Shown in pieces: positions 28,501 to 42,600 of a stretch of DNA of 64,000 nucleotides. How positions within the stretch are numbered: the stretch's first letter is position 1; each line of letters opens with the position of its first letter. This DNA is from Eledone cirrhosa (taxonomy: Eukaryota), in contig OZ024743.1 in NCBI GenBank assembly GCA_964016885.1, positions 118,792,001-118,856,000 on the forward strand, given 5' to 3'. The notes under the pieces are model-generated. The model did no database searches. It was not told the DNA's origin and was given only the letters and a program-made list of their open reading frames with translations. Position numbers and translations under genes: made by a program.

Positions 28501-28830
28501 TCTATATATATAAAACTGTCTAAAAGGATGTCTGTCTGTGTGTGTGTGTGTGAGTTTGAATCCCTAAAACTCGAGAAGCACCCAACTTTACACATGTAAT
28601 ACTTATGTTTCAAACTTTACACATGTAATACTTATGTTTCAGGGATTGTTCTGTGTAAACACAATTTCGAATTTTCAATGCCCTAGGGACCGCATTAGGC
28701 GATTTAGCGATCTCTCTCGATAATTCTTAGTCTTTCTCTTTTTAGATAGAAACATACATATAACGTCGCGCCCTTATAATATCTGTCTGTAGGTCTGCTG
28801 TCTGCATTACGTCACTTCCCTGAGGATGTA

Positions 28831-28880
<50 letters not shown>

Positions 28881-29427
28881 AATCCCTAAAACTAGAGAAG
28901 TACCCAACCAACTTTTTTCAAACTTCACATGTGCATTACTTATGTTTCAGGGATTGTTATGCACATAGAGAAATTTAACATGTTGATCCCCTATGACCCG
29001 CATTAGGTGAAAAACTGCGTTTTTCAGGTTTTTAGGGGTTTTTTGAGGCGTTACGTCAGACTGATTTCTTTGAAATGTTAACTATGTATTAGTCAGTCTC
29101 TTCTTCATATCGTGAGCAAAGAAAATCAAACTTTTTCATTAGGTGAAAAACTTCATTTTTTCAGCTTTTCGGGGCTTTTTTGAGGCGTTACGTCTAGCCG
29201 ATTTTCCCGAAATTTCAAGGCATATTATGCACATAAACAAAATTCAGGTGAAAACCTGCATATTTCCTGCTTCATCGAAGAAAATCTTAAAGATTATCCA
29301 GTCATCAGAGTATTCGGTTTATTTTCTTTACATATTGTCCAGGCATGCAGTTTTTTCACGATTAGGTCAGTTGGCGGCCCACGTTCCAAAATACCTTATC
29401 CCGTGCAACGCCGGGTACCACTGCTAT
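28501..29427 (+). mobile_element. Non-autonomous Helitron
   Basis: 5' A|TCTATATATATAAAA; 3' GC hairpin cccgtgcaacgccggg followed by CTAT|T (CTAG variant); A^T insertion site; internal ~180-bp duplication (28525-28705 vs 28824-29008). Confidence 0.85.
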
Positions 29428-30624
29428 TTTAAAATAAATTTGGGTATCTGTTGAAAATAACTGAGTAAAAAAAATTATGAAAAACGGCGCATAAATAGTT
29501 GAAAATAAACTTGATTATGTGGGTGCTTTAAGTTGTCGTTATATGTGCTGGTAGTGGTGGTGGTGATGGTGATGTTGTTCTTTTAAGTAGTTCATAAAAA
29601 GAAATTCATAAAAGAAATGTGACTTTGTAGTAATCGTACCAATTGACCTCGCATAACGAAAAGATTTAAGAGAATGGGGAAAAAGTGAAAGCCGAGAGAG
29701 ATATCCAGGGTGGGAAAAAAATAAGGAGGGGTGTTAGTGAGAAAGAAAGAAAAATGAAAAGTTTGATGGTGAAAGAAGGAGTAGGAGAGAGAAATAAGAA
29801 CGAATATGGATGGCAGCATAGAAGAGAAAAGTGTTGGTATTAAGTAAATATATGAAAGGCAGATGGAAGGTATTCACTAGAGAAGGTATTGAAAAGAAAG
29901 AAAGAAAAATGTTTTTGTTTGTATTTTGGTTCGAAGCAAGATGGTGGAAAAATTATTTTCTCCTTCATCTTTTAAGAATAACTTAGGTATATGTCTCATT
30001 AAAAGGTTTATATACATCTGTGTTAGCTATTTGAGGAGCCATGGTGCCAAGAAGGCGAGTATAGGTTGATTACTAAAAGAATATGAAATTCAGGCGTATA
30101 TTTACATTCAATTTTTAAATCCAATACATTATGTACTAATATTCTTGTTTTCGTTTCCCCATACTTGTGTCAAATGAGCAGACAAATGGTTAACGTCGTT
30201 TCAGCCGTGATCATCCAGTCTTTTGACAAGTATCTATGACTAGTTTCTGTAATTGGCTCTTCCATTCTAAATCGCCTATACCAATAAATTCCACATCTGA
30301 CACCATATCTATTACAAAACCATTTTATTAGACATTCCTTTCTGTTCAATAGTCACCACAGCTACATATCAAGCGATATACCCAACTACCCACTGACTAT
30401 AGCCATGGCAAATGAATGTATAAAGACAAATCACTTTAACGACCAATGAAACCTTTTCTACAAACACAATAAACATTCTACAAGATTTCAAGAACAAACA
30501 TCATTATTGCAGTACATGAATTCAACAAAGAAATTGTAGATGCGTCCCAAAATTATATACCACAAGGCAGGACCAGATTTAGCCCTGGGGGAGACGGAGT
30601 AGTTCAGGGTTGGTGGTCGCCTCA

Positions 30625-30707
<83 letters not shown>

Positions 30708-30879
30708 TTAAACAATATTTAATCTGCAAGTGGTTTAAATATGTTAGAAGGTTACACTATTGCAGTTGCAGGCTTATCTGAAAAGGACAGTGGTAAACAA
30801 CTGAGTGTAATCATTTCCATGAAATAAGTCCCAGTCAAGTGTTGGGGTTGGAATGTATGAGAAATCATTAAGTGAAACA

Positions 30880-31105
30880 AAGAGGTAAACTTACTGTAAT
30901 TACTCGACATACTATATATAACAGTCAAAACTCCCTTAAATCACACCTTGAGTTATGTTACTGACTTTGACGAAAGAAAGATAAATTAGAATAATATAGT
31001 CACCGGATAATGTTATATGTAAAAAAGATATTATGGTCATGAATGGTAAGCCTTTGATATAAAATTTGTTCTATGATCAGGGGAAGCTAATCACCAACAA
31101 TCATA
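30880..31105 (+). mobile_element. Highly decayed SINE of a second family; related relics near 9740-9810, 12465-12530, 13350-13460 and 27630-27690
   Basis: Shared degenerate motifs (acagtcaaaactcccttaaatcacacc; cctttgat..gatcag..ctaa..caacaa). Confidence 0.4.
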
Positions 31106-31457
31106 ACATCATTATTTGGTCATATGATTTGGTAGATTAGTTCGTCAATTTCAATGTTCTCTTCTCTTTCTATAGAAACATGATGTAGATGAATTGAATT
31201 ATGGCTGATACAAACATTACACCAGATTCTATTGAAGTTGTTATTTCGAGTTTACACTTATGTGTTTATATACATAAATACATACATACATACATACGTA
31301 AAACATACATACATACACACACATACATACATGCATACATGTATATATAATGCATATATATATATATATATATATATGAGGCAGCCTGTGTGATTATATG
31401 TATGTATGTATGTACGTATGTATGTATGTATGTATGTATGTATGTATGTATGTATTT

Positions 31458-31530
31458 ATGTATGTATGTATGTATGTGTGCATGTATGTATTTATGTATG
31501 TATTTATATATGTATATATTTATATATATG

Positions 31531-31602
<72 letters not shown>

Positions 31603-31671
31603 CATATATATAAATATATACATATATAAATACATACATAAATACATACATGCACACATACATACATACAC
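31458..31671. repeat. ~210-bp palindrome of degenerate TATG repeats centred on (TA)n
   Basis: The irregular left arm is reproduced as reverse complement on the right; + and - ORF translations share identical peptide stretches. Confidence 0.9.
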
Positions 31672-32403
31672 ACATTTATATATGAGTGTGTATGTGCATG
31701 TGTGTGTTTGTGTGTGTATGTATGTATATATATATGTATGCATGTTATATGTATGAATTTATGTATGTATGATGTTTACACATAATCCCTCACTTTTTGT
31801 AAGAATATCACTGAATTTCATTTGTTTCATGTGGAATGAATAAATTAAAAAATGTAGCTGCTCATGAAACATGACTTCATTTTCTGCTTGACCGTTCTAT
31901 TTTAGCATTTATTTACTTTTGATAAACTTTCATTGAAATCAATATTTATTATTATTTATGTATTGTTTTGATACAGCTGCTGTTGGTTTCTTCCTTTGTT
32001 TCGGTGAGTGTGACTTTTGTAGTTTTATTTTCATTTACTTTTGTATAGTTTAATAAGGTATTTGGCTGGCTGAAATCTAATTGGTTACGCTGGAAGATCA
32101 TCAGTTAAAAAAATAATAAAACGTTTGTCGTGGGTAACAATAGAATTAATGACAGTATATTTACGCTTCAGGTGACAAAATAAGCTAAAAACATTTGTTT
32201 TAAAGAAAGATGAAGAGAAAAGAAAATACATTTTTCAATTTGAATTATTTTATTTATTTTTTATCGTAATTTTTTTTAATGATAATTTATCGCAATCATA
32301 TTTCCTTGTTCTATTGGATTGATTTTCGTATTTTATGTTCACTCACACTCACATAGGCATACACATATATAACCACACATAAACTCTCTTTCTCTCTTTC
32401 TCT

Positions 32404-32448
<45 letters not shown>

Positions 32449-32924
32449 GTCCGCTTTTCTCTCTCTTTTTCAATATATATATATATATATTATTTCTGGG
32501 AATATTATAACAATATGACCCTCCCCAAATATAACAATATATATATATATATATATATATACATTTATATATATATTTATGTCTGTATGTGTGTGAGTGT
32601 GTGTGTATTTATATATATATATATAAATATATATACATAATACAGTTGTCATTCTTGTTATTGATATTGCTGTTCATGTTGTTATTGTTGTTGTTAGAAT
32701 TGTTACTGAAGTTATTTTGCGAAAAAAAAAAAAGATCAAAGACTATCTGAAACAGAACCAGTTCGATTATTTGTTGGCATAATTTGCCAAAGATCTGTAT
32801 ATATACAACCCATATGTCATCGAAATGTTTTACAGAGATATTGCTTCTCAACTAGAATGATTGGATGAGAAAAACAAATCATTTTTCATTCTGATCAACA
32901 TCATCGTTATCATCATCGTCGTCG

Positions 32925-32974
<50 letters not shown>

Positions 32975-33005
32975 TTCATTATAACTACTGTTATTATTAT
33001 TATTA

Positions 33006-33490
33006 TTGAAGAGGAAAATCAGGGTTGAGAGGGAAGTGCTGCCTTCCAACCAGTTTGTTGAAACGTGGGTGAGAATGGTGAGCATGGTCTGTGTGAATGG
33101 GCCTACATTGAGCATACGCCTGTAGAGCGGAGTAGAAAACCTAGGAGAGGACGCATTACTCTAATGGACACTGTGACCGTGGCCTTTGTGGGATTTCTAC
33201 ACGAGTGAATGGGCCTACTCTGAGTATGTGTCTGTAAATTAAAGGTGGAAAACTGGGAGAGGGCACTTGCCCTGGTGGTCAGGGTCACTGTGGCTTTTTA
33301 ATGGGCTTTCTCCACGAATGTCCCTCGGAAGTCTCCCCCCTATTGGGGAATTTTTCATTGTTATTTTTTTGTTACATCCTCTGTTTATGTTTTTTTTTTA
33401 CACGCAGAAATGCCCATTTGTACCGCCCTGTATTGTCCTGCACTGTCCTTAATGTCTACTTTATGTAAACCCTTGTGGTTAATAAAGAAA

Positions 33491-33492
<2 letters not shown>
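33006..33492 (+). mobile_element. 5'-truncated Tx1 3' fragment between (ATT)n tracts, with a duplicated ORF end
   Basis: 33205-33492 is near-identical to ~50907-51187; 33006-33203 is a diverged second ORF2 end plus UTR start. Confidence 0.9.
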
Positions 33493-33543
<51 letters not shown>

Positions 33544-33881
33544 GGTCTAAGCGGACGTATTTTGCTCGCTCATGGTAAGTCGTTTATTTGCCTGTTAAAA
33601 TTATTTGTTGTTAAATATTTCTTGTTGTGTAACGGATATAAGCCCTTAGACTTTGCCCCGCAAAGGGGAAAGTATAATATTTGGGCCTTTTGGCCCAAAT
33701 ATTTGAACTTTTTATACATGTTAAAAAATTTACGAAAAAAAAAACATGGCTGAGCCACGCCCCCCAGCGATATGTCGGCTGTCGTGCGACAACGACGTAG
33801 AAGTTGAGAGGGGCACTAGAGCGAAATTAACACACATTGATAACACAAACACCACCACAAACAAGGTAAACAAAGACAACA

Positions 33882-35637
33882 ATGATACCAATGAGAACTC
33901 TAATTTTGAAAAAAAATGACAGTAACAGCGACACCAAAAATACAGATAACAAAAAAAATAACAAATGCAACAACAATATCAACACCACTAACATGAAAAC
34001 AAATAGCGACAACACCAACAAGAACAACGACAACCACACACCCAACGAAAACAAGAAGAACACTTTCGCTGCGGCAGCAGCAATAAAGAGGCCATGCTTC
34101 AACGTGGATCTCTCAAACAAAGATGAAAAGTTGGCCCAGACATGGAAGCTCATCAAGCAAGAGCAAACCTGGGCCAACTTAACTGTGCCGGTAGAAGCTA
34201 TTGAGGCGGTGGAGCGCAGAACGGTGCATTATAGATGCATCTCAGCACAAACCAAAAGGGCAGTTTTAATCCCACAAGAAGATGTCGATGTCGCGCTTAG
34301 GTGCATCCGAGAAGACACCCAGTACATAGAGAGAGGCAGACAGTACGGCTCCATTTCGGTGTTGTTCAAGTCAGAAGCCCTCGCTAAGAAACACGCTATG
34401 ACTCCTTGCAAAACCAGCAAGGTCATAATGTACCCCTCCCACATGGGAAAAAGAACAGCCCTTCTCCACATTCCCAGAATCCCACCAGGACTTGACATGT
34501 GGTGGCTTCTGGGATGTGTGATTTTGGATGGGACGGATACCGTCCCTATAGAAGTGACCAGAACGGCCAGAGAGGACTGGTCCGGGGTTGACCTGGAGAT
34601 CCTTCTCCAGATCAGGCCCGAGAATGTGAAGACAATCCCGGACCACATCCGCCTTCAGAATGGGACGGTCATTCACATTATGACCGAAGGCAAAAGGCCG
34701 TAGTGTTTTGTTTATGGGGAAAAAACCCATTTGCGAGCCTTCTGCCCTCAACTGCTGAAAGAGGCAAGGGGTCCAAAGGCTCCACTGCTGCCGACGCCGG
34801 GGATAAAACCACAACCAACTCCAGCACCGGCAAAACCACCAACAACAACACCAATAGAAAGACCACCACCAACATTGACCACCCAGGGGGGATACGAGGA
34901 AAGCTGTCAAATTCCCCCTCCCCCAAAATACACACACCAATAAAACCATAAACATAGATACAGACACACTTACAGACACAGACCCCTCATCTACCAGTAG
35001 TGAAAATGAGGTAAAACCAAAATCCCCCAAAATACAAAAGATGAAACACAAAAAGAAAAAGAAAACTCAACAAAGCACAAAAGCACCCACAATAAAAAAC
35101 GCAGACACCACCCATGCAAACATCTCTCCAATAACACCAACATCAACACCACCATCACCATCACCAGAATCCCCCAAACGCAAACAACCGAAACAGACGC
35201 AAGAACAAATATACACACAAACATCTGAAACCACAGACACCACACTCTCAACAAACACAGATACAACCGAAACAACACCACCAAAACCATCACCACCACA
35301 GCCACGCAAACAAATAAAATCACACCAACAAAACATACAAAACTTCGTGCTCGTCACGAGGGCCAACAAGGAACTGATGGCCCTCGTAGCACGAAGTGTA
35401 AATATACAAAAAGAGGGGGAAATTTTTAAATCGAGCACATTTCGCGTGCCGGAAGATTTGGTTCTGGTGCGAATGTCGCTCGACATATTCAAAGAAATAC
35501 GAGACAGCTTTCCTCGGGACGTGGGAATCCCGAACGTAAAACCCACTTCAAGACTTTTAAAGTGGTTCCCAAAAGAAACCCCACCAACTATGGAGGTCGA
35601 ACAACCCGACCTTCACAAGAGCCCGGAAAATAAGTAA
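33882..35637 (+). pseudogene. Tx1 ORF1 (disrupted)
   Basis: ORFs 33882-34703, 34731-34943 and 35041-35637. Reading through TAG 34701 gives the knuckle CFVYGEKTHLRAFC; homologous to 45784-47067. Confidence 0.85.
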
Positions 35638-35668
35638 ACCTTCCTCTCTCTCTGTTTAACCTGCCAAC

Positions 35669-38600
35669 ATGGCCGTATTAAGAGTAGGATGTTTAAATGT
35701 TCGAGGCCTGGGATCGTCCTGGAAGCAGGGTCACCTGCTCAACGACCTCAGGTCTATAGAAATGGATGTAATTGCAGTCAGCGAGACCAGGATTTCCGAC
35801 ACGCGCGCACTAGCCCCCATTTTCGACGACTATCAGATCTTTGCATCTGTTAGCCGGCCGGGAATGGGAGGTGGGGTGGCAGTGCTGTTTAGGAAAGGCC
35901 TGGATCTCGAGGTAAGGTCGATCTTCCGGGACCCGGAAGGGAAGTTGGTGGTCCTGGACGTGAACAATAACGAAGGTGGTGCCTTTAGACTGGTGGCAGT
36001 TTATGCTCCTACTGGGGAAGGACGGCCGGACTTCTTTAGACGCCTGGAAGCCTTTCTGGGTACGTCTCGCCCTTTACTATTAGCGGGGGACTGGAACGGC
36101 ATATAGACGCACGCTGGGACTGTGTGGGAGTATCCGATAGGAGCGGGGGGGGGGGGGTGCAAAAGCCTCAAGAACCTGATCAGCCAGTTCCAACTGTCTG
36201 ATAGGTACCGACTAGATTTCCCTAATGCGCCAGTGTGGACCTGGGCTAATCGCATAGGGTCATCTAGATCGTACATAGACAGGATATTCATTAGGAAAAT
36301 AGACAGAAATAGTGTAAGCTGTCCACGTTTTGAAACGGTCGCCTATTCAGATCACAAGTTTGTGATCTGTATGGTCGACCTAGATAAAACGCGTAGGTTA
36401 GGACCTGGTTACTGGAAGCTAAACATGTCATTTCCGGCACGTAAGGCTTACAGGTACCAGGTCAACAATTTAGTTAAGAAAAAATTGACAGGGGGAGTCG
36501 TCAACAATAGATGGTGGGGGGGGGGGGGGGGGCTCTCAAAAGAGAGATTAGAGTAATGTCGATAGAGTTTAGCAAAGAAGTAGCGTTAGAGTAAAATAGA
36601 AAGGAAGGGGAGTTGGTAGATAAGTTAGACGAGGCTATTGGTAGTGGCATTGCAACTGACATGCTAGCGGCGAGAATGGCATTAGACCATTTATTCAATG
36701 CGAAACACGAAGGTTGCATTGTCAGAGCTAAGGTGCGTGCTCTGAGAAACGAGGGAACCAAAGCTGTTCGATGGGCCCGCGTGACAGAGGCGCAGCGTGG
36801 TAATAAAACGACGATTCGGTCTTTGACGGACCGAGACAGGTACGAGCTGAGCGATTCCAAGAGGATGTGTGAGGCCTTTCGCCAACATTTTGCTCGGTTG
36901 TTCGGGGGAAGTGGCAGACGTCAGTCCCTACCTCGATGGCTTGCCGCAACTCACGACGGCTGACGCTGGGCGCTGCGACAGGTCAATTACTTCAGCCGAG
37001 ATTCAGGATGCCCTTGTCGGCTGCATGAGGCGCAAGTCACCCGGTTTGGATGGTCTGCCCTACGAGCTTTACGTAAATATGCCAGACTTGTTCGCCAATC
37101 TCCTTGAAGCCCTCTACTGCAACTGGCAGCAAAACGGGAGTATTCCCAGTTCTATGAGCCGGAGCGTAGTGACGCTGATAAGGAAAGACGAGAACAAGAG
37201 GGACACATTAGACAATTTCAGGCCCATAATTCTGCTCAACACAGAGTTTAAGATGTTGGCCAGGGTGTTAGCGAAGACGTTGGCGCTTGTCGTCGGGGAT
37301 TTGGTTGGGGAGGCGCAAACTTGCGCAATCCCAACCAGGTCCATAGACGACAACCTCCACCTAATGCGATACATCATAGAGAGTGTAGGGTTTAAACCTG
37401 GCTTCGGTGCGGCTCTGATCAATTTAGATCAATCGAAAGCATTCGATAGGGTCGACCATCGGTACCTGGAGGCTGTCCTCAAGGCGGATGGCTTCGGCAC
37501 CGTCTTCAGAAGCTGGATCGCTGCAATGCACAGCGGCACCTGCTCGATGGTCAAAATTAATGGCCACCTCTCGGAACCGTTTCAGGTCTCCCGATCGGTC
37601 CGTCAAGGGTGCCCTCTCTCCTACCTTCTGTACGTATTGACTCTCGAGCCTTTACTGCTGAAGCTGGAGCTGTTGCAGGGCATCCCGCTCGAACCAGGAC
37701 GCGGAAAGACTGTGTCGGCTTATGCGGACGACATCACTGTGATTGTGTCGGACACCCCAGAAATCGAGGTGGTCGGCAACTTGTTGGAGAAATATGAAAG
37801 GTTGACGGGAGCAATACTTAACCCGGAAAAGTCAATCGTAAGGCGCTGGACAGACGGACCGGTAAAGTTGTTAGGGGTTTGGTTCGGGCCAGACCTCCAG
37901 GTGGATGATAATTGGGACAGGTGACGGGCAGGGTAGCCAGTCTCACCCAGAAATGGGCTGGGATGAAGCTATCACTGAAAGGTCGGGCGTCCGTCATCTA
38001 CTACCGTCTGACTGTCGTCCCTAACCCCCGTTCGCGCTTCGCCATCTTGGAACGGCTCCTCTTCAAATTCTTGTGGAGGGGTCAGGTTCCGCTGATGAGG
38101 TTGTCCATCTGCTGCCAGCACCCTCTACGTGGAGGGCTGGGCATGCCGTGGCTAATGATGCGCAGGCACGCACTGAGGCTGCTGCATCTCCAGATATTCT
38201 GCCTAAACGGTGAACAGGTGTGGTCGCCGTTTGTCAGACAGGCCTTTCCGCAGCTCGTTTCTTTGACTGAAGAAGAGACCGAGACTGGGTGACTGGCACT
38301 CACTGCCCTCTACCAGGCGGGCAATGCGGTCAGTGGAACTTCCACTCTCGAGTTCTATAGAGGATTAGTGGTGGGCAAGTGCGACGACGCACTCGGAGAG
38401 GCTCTGGGAGTCAACGAAGTCGAACTAACCAGTCTGTACCGGAGGACTTTCGAGCCGGGGACGATGGATAATTTCCAAAAATCTCTCGCTTGGCAGTGCT
38501 ACCGAGGGGCACTGCCGGTTCGAGATAAACTCTACAGGCACGGAAGTGCTGTCAGACGGACCTGCCCGAGATGCGCGCAGAGCGATGAAACCGTTCTTCA

Positions 38601-38988
38601 CGCACTCGTCCAGTGTCCGTGCATTACTGACTTGTGGAGTTATGTTGAACGGCTGTTGTCGCGTGTAGAACGGAACCGGCTATCGGCCGAGTCCATAGTG
38701 AAGTTCGACCCGCCGCCTTTTTTTTTGCCAGGAAGGGCAGGCAATTTTCCTCTGTCTGGTGGCAGTAGCGAAAGAGGTTGTATGGTGGACGAGGTTGAAA
38801 GGACTGAAAACAGACACTTTTCTCTTCGGTCAATCCCTCATCAACTTTTTCAAGTTTCACTTGGAAAGGAAGGTGAGGGTGGAGAGAGAAGTACTGCCCC
38901 CCCCCCCCCCAGTACATTTGCTAAAAGGTGGGTGAATGTGGCGAGAATGGCCTGTGTGAGTGGGCCTACTCTATTCATGCGGCTGTAG
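35669..38988 (+). pseudogene. Tx1 ORF2: APE endonuclease plus reverse transcriptase (disrupted)
   Basis: CLNVRGL, VSET, VYAP, GDWN, SDH; KSPGLDGLP, DQSKAFDRV, RQGCPLS, AYADD; CPRC..ETVLHALVQC. Several frameshifts and stops. Confidence 0.95.
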
Positions 38989-39283
38989 GTAGGTAAATTT
39001 GAGGAGGAGAGGGTGCTCTTCCAGGGTGCTCTCGAAGCGTCGGGTCGTTCAAGACTGGTGGGGTACCTGAGCGAACCCTAGGTGGTCATCCCCCCTATTG
39101 GGGAAATTTTTTCTTGGAATTTTCTTGTCACTTTATTGTTACTTTGTTATTGTTACTTTGTTATTGTGATTCATATTGTTTACTCGATTTTTCTGTAAAA
39201 CCCCACTGTCCCAGTCTTTTGTATTGTCGGCCAGTGTGGCCAATAAATGAAATCATTATTATTATTATTATTATTAGTATTAT

Positions 39284-39328
39284 TGGGTAATTGCTGGCCT
39301 TGTGCCTAAAGTAGAAACAATTATTATT
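39284..39328 (+). mobile_element. SINE family 1 3'-tail fragment within (ATT)n
   Basis: tgggtaattgctggccttgtgcctaaagtagaaacaattattatt. Confidence 0.85.
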
Positions 39329-39618
39329 ACAGCTGCATTTATCTTACTTTATGTTCATACGAGTTATCACCAAGTCACAACCAGTGACCTCAAGAGACAT
39401 AAAGGTCCGCCATGTTAAAAAAAGAACATACATACACACACATGCATCTTTAGGTGTTTAGACTTGTGATGTACTTATATTAACAGAATCTTCCTTAGTA
39501 TATGGGCAGTTCCCATTATTACTATCTTTTCTATTTCTCCTATACGTGGGTTTCCTGGCATTTGCGATAAGTAATCATTAGGTATCATTCCTATTATTAT
39601 TATTATTATTGTTGTTAT

Positions 39619-42600
39619 TCCTTGAATCTCAGTCATTGATGTTGGTTAACTGGAAAGTCCGTTGGGATGAATATCAAGCCACGACCTGCAGCCTCAGATA
39701 TTCAGGACGTATCGGAGGGTTCTTGCTGTTCCAAGCAAGCATGCCTTTTGAAGCGTTCCAAAAAGCGTGAAGGGGCCGATTTTCTTTAACCATCCCTGGA
39801 AACTTTTGGAGATAGTCCCCAGTGCGCCTATGACAATCGGGATCACTTTGACTTCATGGCAGTTCCAAATCCTTTTCACCTCCCACTTTAGGTCCTGGTA
39901 TCGGTTAATTTTCTCCCTCTCCTTCTCTTGCACTCTCGTGTCGAACGGGCAGGCCACATCCACAATCAGACACGATCTTTTTTCTTTGTCCACAACCACC
40001 AGGTCAGGTCTATTGTGTTCCAGTTTTTTGTCCGTCTGTATCCTAAAATCCCACAGCACCTTCACCTGATTGTTCTCCATCACCGCCTCCGGCCTATGCT
40101 CATACCACTTCTCAGAATGTGGTAAATTGTTTACTTTGCACAGGTGCCAGTGGATCACCCTGCCCATCACATCATGTCTCCAGCCCTTATAGTGGGTCTG
40201 GGCTAGGTGTTTACACTCGGACACAATGTGAGCCACAGTCTCCTCTCTCTCTCCACAGATCCTGCACAGTGGGCTAGCCTCCTCCTTGTAAATATGGTGC
40301 TTCAACCACTTCGTTTTGAGGGCCTGCTCCTGCGCAGCCATTAGCATTCCTTCTGTAGCCTTCTTGAGGTCTCCTCTTCTCAACCAGTTCCATGTCTGTG
40401 GATCTCTAAATTCAGTTTTCTCAAAGAAGGTACTATGAAGGGATTTTCCCTTAAGGCTGCTCTTCCTCCTTGATGTTATTTCCTCCTTGGACATCCCCTG
40501 GCCTACTGTCCCCTCCTTCAGTACAGCTCTGAGCATTGGCTCCTTACTATAGGTCACGTATTTGTGTAGGTTGTTTTTCTCCATCTGAACACAGTCCTCT
40601 ATGCTGATAAGACCTCTTCCACCCTCAGATCTCCTTAGGTAGAGTCTATCGACATCACTCCTCTTGTGGAACATGTTGTAGATAGTCAATAGCTTCCTAG
40701 TCTTCCTATCCATTTCTTTTTGTTCAGCAACATTCCATCTCAGAATTCCCGCACTGTACCTAATAATAGACACAGCTCGGGAATTTACTGCGCTTATGGC
40801 ATTTCTGCTGTTCAGATGTGACTTCAATACGCTCCTTACTCTCTGAATGTATTCAGTTCTTAACAATTCCTTCATTTTTTTGTTCTTTATGCCATCAGCC
40901 TCCAGAACGCCCAAATACTTGTATCCTTCCTCAGAGTCAATTTCCTTTATCATCTCACCTGTTGGTATCTGGATCCCGTTACTTCTGCTCAACCTACCCC
41001 TCCTCATCACAATGACTCCACATTTACCAATACCAAACTGCATACATATATCACTGCTGAAAATACGGACAGTGTCAACAAGCACATCCAACTCCTTCTC
41101 ACTTTTCCCGAAGAGCTTAAGATCGTCTATGAAGAGGAGGTGATTGATGGTAAGCTCTCCCCTTCCCAACTTGTATCCTGCTCTCAATTTTCGCAGCATA
41201 ATGGTCAAGGGCATCAGGGCAAGGACAAACAACAGAGGGGACAGGCTATCTCCCTGGAAGATACCTCTCTTGATCTTCACGCTTCCCAAGGATACTCCAG
41301 TTGATGTCAACTCTGTCTCCCAGGACCCCATACTCCTGCCTAGCAACTGTCTGATGTTATCTGCCACCCTGAAGATCTCCAGGCTTTTGGTGATCCAAGA
41401 ATGAGGCACCATGTCAAATGCCTTTCTGTAGTCTTTCCATCCCATGGCAAGATCAGTGTGTCTCCTCCTGCAATTCCCCATTACCATCTTATCAATAAGT
41501 AACTGGTCCTTTGTACCACGTGACTTCTTTCGGCATCCTTTCTGTTCGTCCGGTAACAAGTTGTTTGTGTGGAGGTGATGGTAGATTTCCTCAGACACAA
41601 TGCTCGTCAACAGTTTCCACATTACGGACAGACATGTGATAGGTCTATAGTTGGTAACATCATTACCCTTGATTCGGTCTTTCATTATCAGAACTGTGGT
41701 ACCTTTTGTCAACCACTCTGGCACCTCACCCGACACCAAGCAGTCATTGAACATGGCCGTCAGCTTCGGGTGGAGGGATGTTAAATGTTTAATCCAATAC
41801 CCCTGCACACCATCTGGGCCTGGTGATCTCCAGTTGGTTAGTTTTTTGGCCTACCCCTTAAGAGTTTCAACTGTGATACTCAAATCAGTTTGTTGCTGTG
41901 CCTGCTCACCGATCTCCCTCTGTACTGTCTCAATCCACCCTGCCTGGACATTATGTCTAACATCCTGCTCCCATATTCCTCTCCAGAATGTTTTAGTTTG
42001 CTCCGCCCCAGGGATCAAGTCGTTGCCTCTTTCTTTCCCCTCAAGCTGTCCAAACAGCATCTTCTGGTTGTTGTCGAACATGCGGTTCTGTTTATACTGA
42101 CTGACTCTGTTCTCGTATCGCCTGATTTTTGCACTCTTTGCTACAATGCGTTGCTTCAGTTCCTCTATGATAATATTTAGCTTTTTACTCCTAGTTTTGT
42201 ATTTTATTTCCAGTCTATTTTTAGTGCCTATGTTTTTTAGTGTCCCATTCAGTAGTGACTCAAGCTTTCCTATGTCATTTCTCATTTCCCCGATTTGCCC
42301 ACTCAGTCGCTTCTTCCACCACGGCTCTGCTCTTTCTTGTCTGTTGTTTCCTCTCGCTTTTATACCAAGTAGTTTCCTCACCGTGTTTGCTGTTGCTTTG
42401 AGGATATTGTTGCACTGGTGAAGGCTCCTCGCCTCAAGGTATGGGATGACTTTGTTTACCTTAGCTGTTGTTTCTTTTAACTTTTTCCTGTCTACAAATC
42501 TTAGGTTCATAGGTCTCCCACTATCATTGTTCAATTCATCTACCACTAAATTTAGGATGTCAACCGAATCTTGTCCTAGCCCGTCAGCATTCATCTCCTC

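Larger units (their letters stand above)
33544..39254 (+). mobile_element. Full-length L1/Tx1-clade LINE copy B flanked by (ATT)n
   Basis: 5'UTR, ORF1, ORF2 (APE-RT-C-terminal Cys/His motif), 3'UTR ending aataaatgaaatc(att)n. Confidence 0.95.

Noticed and set aside
36145-38910. Long G/C homopolymers at frame changes in Tx1-B as programmed frameshift sites
   Set aside because: Absent from copies A and C; better explained by slippage or sequencing error, and the copy has other inactivating lesions.
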